Below, piece after piece: positions 1-10,583 of a DNA stretch of 64,000 nucleotides (position 1 is the stretch's first letter; each line of letters opens with the position of its first letter). Made by a program: the position numbers and the translations under genes. The notes under the pieces are model-generated. The model ran no database searches. It was not told the DNA's origin and was given only the letters and a program-made list of their open reading frames with translations. Source of the stretch: Cyanobacteriota bacterium (GTDB taxonomy: Bacteria > Cyanobacteriota > Cyanobacteriia > Cyanobacteriales > Nostocaceae). The DNA lies in the NCBI GenBank assembly GCA_046045965.1, contig JBJOKS010000014.1, positions 1 through 64,000 of the forward strand. The letters are read 5' to 3'.

Positions 1-146
<146 letters not shown>

Positions 147-208
147 GAAAATCCTTTTGTTGTAAGATGTTTTCAGTAAACTCTGTACTTCATTTACCTG
201 AAAAGTAA

Positions 209-955
209 TTATTCCTGACTGACAAACTCCAAATATCCTTTACTTAATTCCTCAACAGCTAAATCATAAAACTGTTTACCATGTTCAGGAGTAGCTAAAT
301 CAGGATTTGAACCCATACGGCCATCGGGATAACGGGAACGAAAATCAGCAGCACCATAAATTTTATGTCCACCTGCTACTTCTGCTACCAGAGGGGCTTT
401 TTTAATTGCTTCTGGATAAACGTATTGAGTGACAGCAACTTCACTAGGGGTAGCATGAGAACCTTCTTGATCCCCATACAACTCTTTCGCAAGTTTATAT
501 ACAGAACCACACATAAACCAATTAGCAATTTGACATTGAACTTTGTGGTAATTATTAATTTGTAAATCTTCTAAATGTGCGTAGGTTTCAGAAAAAGCGG
601 CTTTGAGAGTGGCAATATTTCCACCATGTCCATTAATAAAGTAAAACTTCCTAAAACCCGATTTTGCTAAACAAGTTATATAATCTTTGACTACTAAAAT
701 TAAAGTGCTAGGACGCAAACTAATTGTTCCTGTAAATGCTGTATGATGTAATGCCATACCCACATTAATTGTCGGTGCAACCATAGCTTGTGTTGCTTCA
801 CCCACACCACGGGATATAGCTTCCGCACAAATAGCATCAGTTCCAATTAAACCAGTTGGTCCATGTTGTTCTGTTGAACCAATAGGAATAATAATTCCCT
901 GAGATTTTTGTAAATAAGTTTCGACTTCTGGCCAGGTGCTAAGATGTAATAGCAT
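209..955 (-). CDS. Creatininase/creatinine amidohydrolase family protein
   Basis: PIGSTEQHGP, NGHGGN and GSHA..SE motifs. Confidence 0.88.
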   Translation of the reverse strand: MLLHLSTWPEVETYLQKSQGIIIPIGSTEQHGPTGLIGTDAICAEAISRGVGEATQAMVAPTINVGMALHHTAFTGTISLRPSTLILVVKDYITCLAKSGFRKFYFINGHGGNIATLKAAFSETYAHLEDLQINNYHKVQCQIANWFMCGSVYKLAKELYGDQEGSHATPSEVAVTQYVYPEAIKKAPLVAEVAGGHKIYGAADFRSRYPDGRMGSNPDLATPEHGKQFYDLAVEELSKGYLEFVSQE

Positions 956-1171
956 TTTATTCTATGTAAATCTATTCTTTCATATATTATGAATGATTTT
1001 TGCTTTTTCGTTAAAAACACAGAAATAAAAATTGGAATTCTTTAAATCAGTAAATACATAATAATGAATTTACATATATCAGTAAAATCCTCAAAAATCA
1101 AATAATATAATATCTTGCTTAAAAATGCAAATCTTGATACATTAGTTATGTAAGCTTTTATATCAATCATC

Positions 1172-1876
1172 ATGATTAAGCGTTTTTTATCAGGCACTCC
1201 TTTGCTTTTGATTTCTGCTCTTTCCTTGGGTTTCTCTATTGCTGCTCCTGATGACGTTCAAGCTCTTACCTTTGTTGATTCTTGGAACTTCAACAGCAGC
1301 AACTTTAATTCTAGTCAAGGTAATGGTACACTAACAAGTAATTTCAATTCTATTAACATTGTCTATTTTGCAGGTACAACCATCAATGCTGTGGGTAGTG
1401 ATCCTGCTGGTCAAGCTCTTGCTCTGCAAGGTGGTACAGCCAACATCAATAATGGTAGAAATATTACACTTCAGTTTAATCTTTCACAATATTCTGACCC
1501 AATTCTCACATTTGCAACTCAGAGAACAACTACAGGGTTTAATAATAATGTGATTGAATGGTCTACTGATGGAACTACATTCTCCTCCGCAGGAATTAGC
1601 GGTACAAATCCTTATAACCCAGGGACAAGTTTTACCCTACAAACTTTCGATTTCAGCAATGTCAATAACCTTGATAATGCTGCTACAGCTTTCTTTCGCA
1701 TTACTTTTAATGGTGCTACTACTGCTGCGGGAAATAATCGCATTGATAATATACAATTGAATGCTACTCTCAATTCCACTCCTGTTCCTTTTGATTTCAA
1801 TTCCACTTCCAGTTTAGTCATTCTCGGAGGAATTTTTGGTTTACGTTACTGGCGTAAACGTCGCTATTTTATGTAA
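1172..1876 (+). CDS. Secreted protein with PEP-CTERM-like (PFE/PFD variant) C-terminal sorting signal
   Basis: N-terminal signal peptide (..VQA|LTF), N/T/G-rich body, C-terminus VPFDF + hydrophobic helix + basic tail RYWRKRR. Confidence 0.75.
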   Translation: MIKRFLSGTPLLLISALSLGFSIAAPDDVQALTFVDSWNFNSSNFNSSQGNGTLTSNFNSINIVYFAGTTINAVGSDPAGQALALQGGTANINNGRNITLQFNLSQYSDPILTFATQRTTTGFNNNVIEWSTDGTTFSSAGISGTNPYNPGTSFTLQTFDFSNVNNLDNAATAFFRITFNGATTAAGNNRIDNIQLNATLNSTPVPFDFNSTSSLVILGGIFGLRYWRKRRYFM

Positions 1877-2082
1877 ATCAATTCTTTTTTCAAGGGAAGA
1901 ATCGCAACAAGTTTTGAAAAAAATAATCCCAACAATTTACCCATACTGCAACTTTAGTTGATCATACTCGTTGCGAATCTCCAGACAAGACTAACTGCAA
2001 GTGAATAATCAGATGTTTGTTTTCTGAATTATCAAGGCTACCAGAAGACAAAAATCAGACAATATTACCTCTTGATACGTTA

Positions 2083-2355
2083 TTAATCAAAGCAATAATG
2101 TTTTTTCACGTCTTTGGTAATTTCCCATGTACAAGACATCCCAGCCGGAAAAGTTACTAAATCTCCTTTACCCATTTTCACTGATTGTCCGCCATCGGGG
2201 GTAACAATTACATCGCCTTCTAAAAAGTAACAAGTTTCTTGAGAATCATAAGTCCACGGGAATTTGGATGCTTCTTTTTGCCAAATAGCCCATTTGTATA
2301 CGCCTAACTGGTTGAGACTCTCTTGACTAGGTTGATGCTCGATCTTAATTTTCAT
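2083..2355 (-). CDS. Small cupin (DUF861/Cupin_3) protein
   Basis: W..YDSQETCYFLEGDV..KGDLVTFPAG cupin motifs. Confidence 0.88.
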   Translation of the reverse strand: MKIKIEHQPSQESLNQLGVYKWAIWQKEASKFPWTYDSQETCYFLEGDVIVTPDGGQSVKMGKGDLVTFPAGMSCTWEITKDVKKHYCFD

Positions 2356-2377
2356 GCAGTCTTTAATCTACTTGTAT

Positions 2378-2716
2378 TTAGCAGTAGGATTGGATATCCT
2401 CTCCACACTCATCTACTAAATAACACAATGCACGAAAACGCAAGCCTACAAATTCGTCATATAGTGGATTTAGTTTGCACATTGGAGGAATATGGACGAT
2501 TTTGCAACCGAAAAACATGATATCGCGTTCAAAGGGACACTGAGCAGGAATCAGTTTGGCGATAAATGTGGCTAATTTACGATTGTTAATTTCGATTTCA
2601 TCTAACCATTGACGTATTGGTTGTAATAAATTAGATTTATTGCCTGTTTGATGAGTTTCCTCGATCTGGCTAATCAACGTAGGAAAAATGATGGGTTGAG
2701 TATTTGTGGTGATCAT
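2378..2716 (-). CDS. Mo-dependent nitrogenase C-terminal domain-containing protein (cyanobacterial family)
   Basis: IPAQCPFERD..HIPPMCKLNPLY..LRFRALCYL..CGED motif; start placed at MITT (ATG 2716) rather than the ORF-track start 2803. Confidence 0.8.
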   Translation of the reverse strand: MITTNTQPIIFPTLISQIEETHQTGNKSNLLQPIRQWLDEIEINNRKLATFIAKLIPAQCPFERDIMFFGCKIVHIPPMCKLNPLYDEFVGLRFRALCYLVDECGEDIQSYC

Positions 2717-3321
2717 AGTTCTAAATCCTGTTGTCTTCAGATTGATGAAATTTTGCCACTTTGGCTTATAACTATGCCATTTCTTGCAGGAAAGAATATG
2801 CATGGTCTTGGTAATTCCAGGTAAGAGAATTGCAACTAGTAAATCTTACATAGAATCAGCCAGCAGATAAATTCTTTAACTAATTGCTATTTAAACTCAC
2901 GGTGTGTTGAATAACTGTCCCGTTAAATACAAAATAACAAAGAAATTGTAAAAATGGTATTTCGTTAACTTATTAATAACTGATGTCAAATATTGTGATC
3001 CCATATATCAAGCCGAAAAGCTTGGTGGGGAAACTATACAGTGCTACTAATTGTAACTAAGAACTTCAAAATATAGGTTAGGTTCCACTATAACTAGGGT
3101 TGACTCATATTCAGCAATGACCTGAGACAATTTTAAATTAGATCTGATCCAAAAAAATGTTTTATACGTTACATAAGTCATCCTAAATATTATCTAACTA
3201 GTAGGAAGATATCGTTTGATAAGAACAAACTAATTGACTTGTAAAATTAGCTGATACAACACAAAATATGCTATAATAGTTTTTATATAAAAATAAAAAA
3301 ATTGACGTAAAAATTAATCTC

Positions 3322-3340
3322 AGGTGGGCAATGCCCACCT
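3322..3340. terminator. GC-rich hairpin downstream of the HAD gene, possible terminator
   Basis: AGGTGGGCA-A-TGCCCACCT inverted repeat. Confidence 0.45.
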
Positions 3341-3373
3341 TATGAGTAATCATGTTTTTAGACTAAAAACTAT

Positions 3374-4153
3374 CTAACTTTTTGGTGTTGACAAACTTTG
3401 CAAAATATAACTAGATAACTCCAGAAATCCTTCACCTTCAGCGGCAGTAGTTACATAAGCAGGTTGATACTGTAGCTGATTGGCATATTTCATCACATTA
3501 GCTACACCTACAGAAATAGGAAAATAACGACTATCAAATAAACTTTCATCATTGGGACTATCACCGACTGTAACAACTTGATTCAGTGAATATTCGGGGA
3601 AGTATTCGCGCAATACTTGTAAAAGTCCCATTGCTTTATCTTGCCCTTGAGGTTTGATGTGACATTGGACATTACTGTAAGTAAATCCCCAACCCTCATG
3701 TTGACAAATATTACTCAAGTATTGAATTTCATCTGATGTCAAATCAGCAACATCAAATGTCCAATCGGTAATCCGAAACCGATTGTCAACAGATTCCTTG
3801 ATTTGGGAAAATTGACTTTGTAATTTGGTAAAAGTTGTAGCTAAGTGCTGACGATGTTTAGCTACATCAGGAATCGGTGTTAAAGCTACTGATTCCAACT
3901 TATGGGCTGAATAGAACAAACCGCCATTTTCTGCCAATGCACCTGCAACTGGCATCAAGCTACTTAGTCCACTTACCCAACCAGCTGAACGTCCAGTGAC
4001 TATCAGTACCTGAACTCCGGCTGCTGCTAAATTTTCCAAAGCTTGTAAGAGAGAGGATGTGAATTTACCTTCTTGAGTCAAAGTACCATCCATATCTGTG
4101 GCTACAAGACGGATATTCTTCAAGTCATGAGAATTACTAATGTGTCTGGACAT
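3374..4153 (-). CDS. HAD-superfamily class IIB hydrolase
   Basis: DMDGTLT, VTGR, GDSPND motifs; likely start MSRH at 4153. Confidence 0.88.
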   Translation of the reverse strand: MSRHISNSHDLKNIRLVATDMDGTLTQEGKFTSSLLQALENLAAAGVQVLIVTGRSAGWVSGLSSLMPVAGALAENGGLFYSAHKLESVALTPIPDVAKHRQHLATTFTKLQSQFSQIKESVDNRFRITDWTFDVADLTSDEIQYLSNICQHEGWGFTYSNVQCHIKPQGQDKAMGLLQVLREYFPEYSLNQVVTVGDSPNDESLFDSRYFPISVGVANVMKYANQLQYQPAYVTTAAEGEGFLELSSYILQSLSTPKS

Positions 4154-4267
4154 ATAAAAATCCCAATAAAGGAATATGATGTAAAAAAATATGAACAATA
4201 CAGGAAATTGATACCAAATATTTGGGCATCCTAAACATTACGAGTAAAATATTTTAATTTGCTAACC

Positions 4268-5086
4268 ATGCTTAGTACAATGTTTCTGGCCCAGTCTTCA
4301 GGCGCTAAGACTAAAAAGGCAATCCAACAAGTACCAACTAGTGAGTCTGTGACACCATACTTATTCATGTTTGCCAGTGGAGGGCTGCTGTTAGGACTAA
4401 TAGCTGTGATTGTTTATGGCAAAATTTTAGTCCACAAATATGAAAAGAAAGTTAAGTTTGAAAAATTTCGCACGCGAGAACTAGAAAAAAAGTTGAAGTT
4501 AGCTCTGGAAACCATTCGCAAAATGGAAACCAACCCCGATTTAGTCCACTCGCGGGACTTTAACCTCGATTATCTGCGAATGCGGATGTCTGAGGAGGTA
4601 TTTCATTTTGCGATTGTTAATCAAATTAAAGTCAAAATTAAAGATAAAATTTCTCTATCATTGCGCCCCGGACAATCTCAACAAGGACAAGTTGGGGTAG
4701 CCAGCAGCACAGGCAGACAGGTAGATGAAATTTTTGATGTTGAGTATGAAACCGGTGTTGCTCCCAACATTGTTAAGCGCGTCCTGTTCAGAATTCAAAT
4801 TCGCTTAATGAAGTTACCCACACAGGCAACTTCTACTACCATTAGCCAGATGATGGATTGTATAGAAACTTACCTTAGCCCCAGAGAAGATGATGATTCA
4901 TGGCAACCGACAATTCAAGGTCGGATTGTCTATATGCACTGGGACCAGAAGGCTAAACCCACACCTCTGCTTGTCTTGGAACAATCTAATGAAGGGGTAA
5001 ATGTTACTTTCCGTACTACTCGCCAACCAAATGTTGCTACACCCCCAAACAGACAAACTGGAAGGGCTGGTAACGTTAAGGCTTGA
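4268..5086 (+). CDS. Hypothetical membrane-anchored protein with coiled coil
   Basis: Long ORF, one hydrophobic segment followed by a K/E-rich heptad region; start uncertain (4259/4268). Confidence 0.7.
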   Translation: MLSTMFLAQSSGAKTKKAIQQVPTSESVTPYLFMFASGGLLLGLIAVIVYGKILVHKYEKKVKFEKFRTRELEKKLKLALETIRKMETNPDLVHSRDFNLDYLRMRMSEEVFHFAIVNQIKVKIKDKISLSLRPGQSQQGQVGVASSTGRQVDEIFDVEYETGVAPNIVKRVLFRIQIRLMKLPTQATSTTISQMMDCIETYLSPREDDDSWQPTIQGRIVYMHWDQKAKPTPLLVLEQSNEGVNVTFRTTRQPNVATPPNRQTGRAGNVKA

Positions 5087-5109
5087 GTGGTGATGACAAT
5101 ATGATGTAA

Positions 5110-5850
5110 TTAGTGAGGCTCTGAAACTTGCAGCCCTACTTTGTGGCTGATAGGTAAGTTTTGGGCATCACGAGTTAACAAACCGTCTTCCATTTCGACG
5201 ATCCGATCAGCTATATCTAAGATGCGGTTATCATGGGTGACTAATAAAATAGCTGTTCCTTGTTCTTTGGCTAGACGCTGCATAATTTCTACCACATCAC
5301 GTCCTGATTGTTTATCTAATGCGGCTGTGGGTTCATCTGCTAAAACTAATGGAGGATGATTGACTAAAGCGCGGGCGATCGCTATCCTTTGTTTTTGTCC
5401 ACCAGATAAATTATCTGGGTAGTAGTTCATTCTTTCTGCTAACCCCACTGCCCCTAGCATTGCTTCTGACTTTTTAATAGCTTCTGATTGAGAAATCTTC
5501 TGGTTTAATTCCACTGCCATTTGCACATTTTGTCTAGCAGTTAAGAAACCGAGTAAATTATGAGCTTGGAAAATATAACCTATTTTACGCCGACTCTGTA
5601 CGAGTTTAGTTTGACTAGAACCAAATAGTTCTTTGCCTAAAAATTTCAGGCTTCCTTCTTGTACAGACCGTAGCCCACCAATCAAGCTCAGTAATGTAGT
5701 TTTACCTGAACCTGATGGTCCAGTCATGATCACAATTTCTCCAGCATATATTTCTAGGTTGATATCAAATAAAATTTGTTTTCTCAGCGCACCTCTACCA
5801 TAGTAATGGTTAATATTTTTAATGGCAATTACAGGTTCTGTGTTGTTCAT
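5110..5850 (-). CDS. devA: DevA ABC exporter ATP-binding subunit
   Basis: GPSGSGKT, LSGGQ, DEPT; last gene of devB-devC-devA; true start MNNTEP at 5850 (upstream extension is a translated repeat). Confidence 0.9.
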   Translation of the reverse strand: MNNTEPVIAIKNINHYYGRGALRKQILFDINLEIYAGEIVIMTGPSGSGKTTLLSLIGGLRSVQEGSLKFLGKELFGSSQTKLVQSRRKIGYIFQAHNLLGFLTARQNVQMAVELNQKISQSEAIKKSEAMLGAVGLAERMNYYPDNLSGGQKQRIAIARALVNHPPLVLADEPTAALDKQSGRDVVEIMQRLAKEQGTAILLVTHDNRILDIADRIVEMEDGLLTRDAQNLPISHKVGLQVSEPH

Positions 5851-5868
5851 AATTGGTAATTGGTGATT

Positions 5869-5929
5869 GGAGGCAGGAGGCAGGAGGCAGGAGGCAGGAG
5901 GCAGGAGGCAGGAGGCAGGAGGCAGGAGG
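5869..5929. repeat. Heptamer tandem repeat (GGAGGCA)x~8.7 between devC and devA
   Basis: Read directly. Confidence 0.95.
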
Positions 5930-5982
5930 TAAATATTTATTTCTCCCCATCTCCCCATCTCCTCATCTCCCCAAACCCTGCC

Positions 5983-7137
5983 TTAAAAAATATCAGCAGG
6001 ATCGGCTGAACGTAATTTTCTCATGGCAATTATGCCAGATATAAAACACATTAAAATAGTTAATATTAGTACCATAATAGCGCGATAAGAACTCATGAGA
6101 ACTGGTAAAAGTGTGGCATCTCTGGCAATTTGGTACAGAAAAAGAGCGCAAGCAAATCCAGGAATATATCCTAAAACTGCTAACATAAAAGCTTCTTGAA
6201 GAATGACTGTTAATAAATAGTTTTGTGTATACCCTATGGCTTTGAGAGTAGCATATTCAGATAAATGATCTGTTACTTCTGTATACAAAATTTGATAAAC
6301 AATTACAGTTCCTACAATAAAACCCATAATTGTTCCCAAAGTGAAAATAAACCCAATTGCAGTGCTAGTTGCCCAATAGTTTCTTTCAAAGTCAATAAAT
6401 TCTTGTTTGGTTAAAACATTAACATCTGTAGGTAGATAAGTCCGTAAATATGCAGTCACTTGGTTGACATCTGCTCCTGGTTTTAATCTAATTAACCCAA
6501 TATCAATTAATCCACTTTGTCGGTTAGCAAATATCCGCAAAAAATTGACATCGCTAGTGATTAAATTACCATCTGCTCCAAAGGATGCACCTAAAGTAAA
6601 TAATCCGGCTACTTTAATGCGTCTTCCTCTCACTTCTGCTGTTACAGTTTTTCCCTGATCAAAATCAGCAGCAATTGGACCATACTCTACTCTAGAAGAA
6701 CGGTCAAATAATACCACATCAGGCAGTTTCAATTTATTTAAATTATCCTCAACACCAGGCAGATCAAATACATTAAATTCTGGATTAACGCCAAAAGTGA
6801 GAATACTGCGAGGGCGACCTGTAACGGGATTTTTCCAACTTGTATAGTCTAAATATAAAGGATGCACTGACTCTACTGCTGGTAAATCTAAAGCTCTATA
6901 TAATCGCCGTTGGGAAAAAGGTTTCATTGCTAACACAGCATTAGATTGATTGTTAATTAAAACAATGTCACCCTTTAAACTGGTGTGCATTCTGACGTTA
7001 CTGTAATATAATGCATCCCGAAAACCCAGCTGCATAAACATCAAAATATCAGCAAAGGCAATACCTGATAAAGCCACAGCTAGGCGAGTTTTTTCTCTTG
7101 TCAGTTGTAGCCAAGATAGAGGTATTTTCTGAGTCAT
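5983..7137 (-). CDS. devC: DevC ABC exporter permease (FtsX-like)
   Basis: IPLSWLQL..LAVALSGIAFADILMFMQLGF N-terminus, EYATLKAIGY, ADPADIF C-terminus. Confidence 0.92.
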   Translation of the reverse strand: MTQKIPLSWLQLTREKTRLAVALSGIAFADILMFMQLGFRDALYYSNVRMHTSLKGDIVLINNQSNAVLAMKPFSQRRLYRALDLPAVESVHPLYLDYTSWKNPVTGRPRSILTFGVNPEFNVFDLPGVEDNLNKLKLPDVVLFDRSSRVEYGPIAADFDQGKTVTAEVRGRRIKVAGLFTLGASFGADGNLITSDVNFLRIFANRQSGLIDIGLIRLKPGADVNQVTAYLRTYLPTDVNVLTKQEFIDFERNYWATSTAIGFIFTLGTIMGFIVGTVIVYQILYTEVTDHLSEYATLKAIGYTQNYLLTVILQEAFMLAVLGYIPGFACALFLYQIARDATLLPVLMSSYRAIMVLILTILMCFISGIIAMRKLRSADPADIF

Positions 7138-7195
7138 TTACAACAATTAAAAATAGGGAATAGGGTGTGGGTGTGGGGAAAAAATTAATTCTTTA

Positions 7196-8674
7196 TTAAT
7201 TCTTTCTTTTTCCTTCTGAATCCTGACTCCTCAATCCTGACTCCTTGCTAACTGCATCAGTGTTAATTTCCACAATAACTTTAGCGTTAGTTAAACCAGA
7301 AACTCGCTGACTATATTCTGGAGCAAGAGCGATTTTTACTTCTACAACTCTGGCATCAATATCTGCGGCTGGATCTGTATTCAGCACATCTTTTTTACCG
7401 ATTTTTCTGCCAATTTCAGTGATATTGCCTTTTATTTGCCCGCTAAATGCGCCGTTATCACTGGTGATGGTCGCACTTTGACCAACAAGAACTTTACCAA
7501 TACTATCTTCGGGAATTTCGGCAATTACAAACATCTGATCGGTTTGTCCAATTTCTGCAATGCCATTTGCACTCATGACTTCCCCTGATTTGGTGTGAAC
7601 TTTTAAAATTTCACCTGGGGTTGGTGCTTTAACGTAACTTAATTGCAGTTCGGCTTGGGCTTTTCTGACAAAGGCGATCGCATTGCTAATTTGGGCTTGT
7701 GCCATTTGTACATCAGTAGGACGGACATCTAGCAACCTGCTTAATCTAGCTCTTTCTTCGTCGATTTGCCTTTGTAACGTGGACACAGTTTTGTCGCGGG
7801 TGGCCGTGGCCTCGATCAGTTGCTGCTGCAAAGTAGCGATAGTTTTGATTTGAGTAGCTCTGGCTTCAGCAATTTGTTGTTGCAATGTTCCTAGTGCTTG
7901 TCTCAAACTAGCTTGAGTTTCCCGCAGTTGTTGAGTAGTAGTCACCGCACTCAAACGCCTTCTATCCCTTTCTTGCTGGGAAATAGCCCCTTCTCGGTAT
8001 AAAAATTCATAGCGTCCGGCATCAACTTGAGCGTTGCGCTGTTCAGCTTGTACCCGGTTAATTGTGGCTCTTAAAGTATCTTTTTGTCCACTGAGTTCGG
8101 CTTCGAGACGTTTAATTGTGGCGGTTTGGGCGATTTTTTCCCCACTTAACTCGGCAGCAATGCGGGCAATAGTCGCTTGTTGAGCTTGTTTTTCTCCTTC
8201 TAACTGTGCTTGTAAACGAGCAATGACTGCTGATTGAGCTTGAACATCTCTTGGTGAAGCTGCTTTGATCTGGGCTAAATTAGCACGAGATTCTTGTAGT
8301 CTGGCTTTTGCTTCTTCGACTGCTGCCATGTTACTATCGCGGCTGTCTAAAATGGCAATAACTTGACCTTGCTGTACTCGTTGTCCTTCTTTTACCAATA
8401 GTTGCTGGACTCGTGAACCTGCTGATAGTCCTGAGTTGGGAGCAGCAATTTTAATCACTTCTCCCCGTGGTTCCAATCTGCCTACAGCACTAATACTTTT
8501 GGGAGTTGGGGCTATGGATACGGAGGAAGTTAGTTTTTTTAACTGTTCAATTCTGGCTGTTGCTAAGTATCCAGCGGCGATCGCCACTGGTAAGGCTACA
8601 GCAATTTTCAACCAAACTTTAGATTTTTCTAGTGCCTGTTCTGTTAACTTTGGCTTCTCAGTCACCCTTGACAT
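7196..8674 (-). CDS. devB: DevB membrane fusion protein of the heterocyst glycolipid exporter
   Basis: AVGRLEP.GEVI, long coiled coil, DARVVEVKI; operon with devC/devA next to pcyA, an arrangement I recall from Anabaena PCC 7120. Confidence 0.88.
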   Translation of the reverse strand: MSRVTEKPKLTEQALEKSKVWLKIAVALPVAIAAGYLATARIEQLKKLTSSVSIAPTPKSISAVGRLEPRGEVIKIAAPNSGLSAGSRVQQLLVKEGQRVQQGQVIAILDSRDSNMAAVEEAKARLQESRANLAQIKAASPRDVQAQSAVIARLQAQLEGEKQAQQATIARIAAELSGEKIAQTATIKRLEAELSGQKDTLRATINRVQAEQRNAQVDAGRYEFLYREGAISQQERDRRRLSAVTTTQQLRETQASLRQALGTLQQQIAEARATQIKTIATLQQQLIEATATRDKTVSTLQRQIDEERARLSRLLDVRPTDVQMAQAQISNAIAFVRKAQAELQLSYVKAPTPGEILKVHTKSGEVMSANGIAEIGQTDQMFVIAEIPEDSIGKVLVGQSATITSDNGAFSGQIKGNITEIGRKIGKKDVLNTDPAADIDARVVEVKIALAPEYSQRVSGLTNAKVIVEINTDAVSKESGLRSQDSEGKRKN

Positions 8675-9240
8675 GGTATATTGCCCTTCTATCTGATTTG
8701 TAATTCGTGGAAGTAAAAAAGCAAATTAGCCTCAGTTGATTTGATAAAATATCAGTTGTAATTGCACACAAAGTTCAGGGAATATTTATGATTATTCCTG
8801 ACAGAAACCTGGTATAAATTTGGTAGTAATAATCATGCAGATATCTTCTATGATGTAGACTATTACCAAGAGTTTCTACAACCATAGATGGGATGTTTTA
8901 GTTGCCAGTTATCAGTATGTTTATTATTTGCTGTTCACTGATAACTGTTTGTTTATTACCTAATGAAAACTAGGGTAATGTGCTACAAAATCTAAAATTG
9001 GCTTTTTTCAAATCTCCAATTTGTACAGCCAAGAAAAAACTGAACCATCTTTGTCAAATAGAGCATTACTAAGATCACAAGTTTCCTAAGTTGATGCTTA
9101 AGTTTATTGTTAATCTGTGAGCAGAATTACTTGTTTACGTCTAACAAGATAAAGAATATCTTTGGTTTTATCCTGCTAAATTTTGAAGTGCTACTTTTAT
9201 CCCTACTGTTTTTAGACTCCATTAAACTCTAGTTAAATGA

Positions 9241-9282
9241 ATTCTACATTTATCAATTATAGAAAAACGTAACGGAGCTTAC
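9241..9282 (-). promoter_or_regulatory. Canonical NtcA-activated promoter for devBCA
   Basis: GTA-N8-TAC at 9269-9282, exactly 22 nt, then TAGAAT (-10, TAN3T) at 9246-9241 on the minus strand, pointing at devB. Confidence 0.78.
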
Positions 9283-9471
9283 AGATAGGGATGATTGAAA
9301 AATTTTTAATCAACATTAATTTTACCTTTTGAGCAACCGCACTGACCATGAAAATAAGAACCACTATACAAGTAGCACTGCAAATTACTAAGAATTTCTA
9401 CAGCGTTTTCTGCTGTGATATTTTGCGTTATATCTTCAGTCTTAAAGTTACATGATACAACTATTCCCTGA

Positions 9472-10209
9472 TTATTCTGGTAAATCAAATAATACAGTAG
9501 TCATGTAATTTTCTGCCCAGTCATTACCAAAAGCTTTTTCTAAAACTCTTCGGGTTTTATCATTCTGTTGTTGTTTTGTACAATAATTATGTTGTCCAGC
9601 AATAATTGAGGCTACTTTTTCTGCTCCTACGGGACTAGAGGAAGTTGCTTGAGTACAATGAATCTCTAAAAATTCTTTGACACGCTGGAGAAACATTGAT
9701 TCTTCTTCCACAGAACCAGGACGAATGAACAAACAAAAATCAGAAAAGATATTTCCCCATTCTGGTAATTCACGAGGTTGGGAAAAGTTAATCTTTGTTA
9801 ACTGACTCAATCGGGAATTGTAACCGTCTGGTAAGATTCTATCTAAGTTTACAGGAGAAAGGTCAGCGATCGCTGCACTAATTTGACCTCTACCCCCAAC
9901 TAAATCGCACCCAAACATAGGTATATCATATTCTGGACGGGGAAACATGACACAATGCAAAATATCCAACATATTCCCCACCCTTGCTAGTTCTAAGTGC
10001 ATTTTACGAAAGTGGGTACTTTGATAGCAGCGGTTTTCTATAATCAGTTTTTCTCCTTCTAGTCTACCTTCTACATATCCCAATTCTGCTGGTAAATGAT
10101 AGGGTGATAAATCTAAGTGTTGATGCCAAACTGCTTCAATTGTATCAGCTAGTTGACGAATTAGGGGATGTTGTTGTTCACGTAGGGAAGGGGTAGAAGT
10201 GGAGGACAT
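9472..10209 (-). CDS. pcyA: Phycocyanobilin:ferredoxin oxidoreductase
   Basis: [40 protein letters not shown]. Confidence 0.95.
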   Translation of the reverse strand: MSSTSTPSLREQQHPLIRQLADTIEAVWHQHLDLSPYHLPAELGYVEGRLEGEKLIIENRCYQSTHFRKMHLELARVGNMLDILHCVMFPRPEYDIPMFGCDLVGGRGQISAAIADLSPVNLDRILPDGYNSRLSQLTKINFSQPRELPEWGNIFSDFCLFIRPGSVEEESMFLQRVKEFLEIHCTQATSSSPVGAEKVASIIAGQHNYCTKQQQNDKTRRVLEKAFGNDWAENYMTTVLFDLPE

Positions 10210-10322
10210 AATTATTTGAATGATGTAATTTATGATCTAGTTTACAATTAGTTAGTGCATTCTGTTGTATTGAGAATTATAAACACACAGATTTAATCAA
10301 CGCTTATTTTCGGGAGGATATT

Positions 10323-10559
10323 ATGCAAGAATCTGTGGTGTATCAAAAAATTATTCGAGAAGGTTTAGAACAGGGAAGACTCTCGGAAGTGAAGTTAATT
10401 ATGCGTCAGCTTCAACGTCATTTAGGAAAAATAGGTACAGACATTCAAAATCGAATTGTAGATTTATCTTTTACGCAGTTAGAAGATTTAGGAGAAGCTT
10501 TATTAGATTTTCAATCTGAAGCTGATTTAAGAAACTGGTTGAGTGAAAATTGTTCTTGA
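10323..10559 (+). CDS. Stand-alone DUF4351 / Rpn C-terminal domain protein (remnant of an Rpn-family gene)
   Basis: MQESVVYQ..EG.EQG..LEDLGEALLDF..DL.NWL; upstream in-frame LINAYFREDI remnant; SD GGGAGG. Confidence 0.7.
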   Translation: MQESVVYQKIIREGLEQGRLSEVKLIMRQLQRHLGKIGTDIQNRIVDLSFTQLEDLGEALLDFQSEADLRNWLSENCS

Positions 10560-10583
10560 AATTCTCACAACAAACAATTATCA

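Noticed and set aside
2378..2716. Possible nitrogenase gene
   Set aside because: Only the small 'Mo-nitrogenase C-terminal' family domain; no nif structural genes in the window
5851..6044. N-terminal extension of devA (LLPPASC repeats) and the opposite-strand ORF 5853-6044
   Set aside because: Both are translations of the GGAGGCA heptamer tract
8853..8990. Other GTA..TAC motifs upstream of devB
   Set aside because: Spacing is N6, not the N8 of NtcA sites
9306..9488. 60-aa ORF downstream of pcyA
   Set aside because: No recognisable motif, overlaps the pcyA end, weak start; probably spurious
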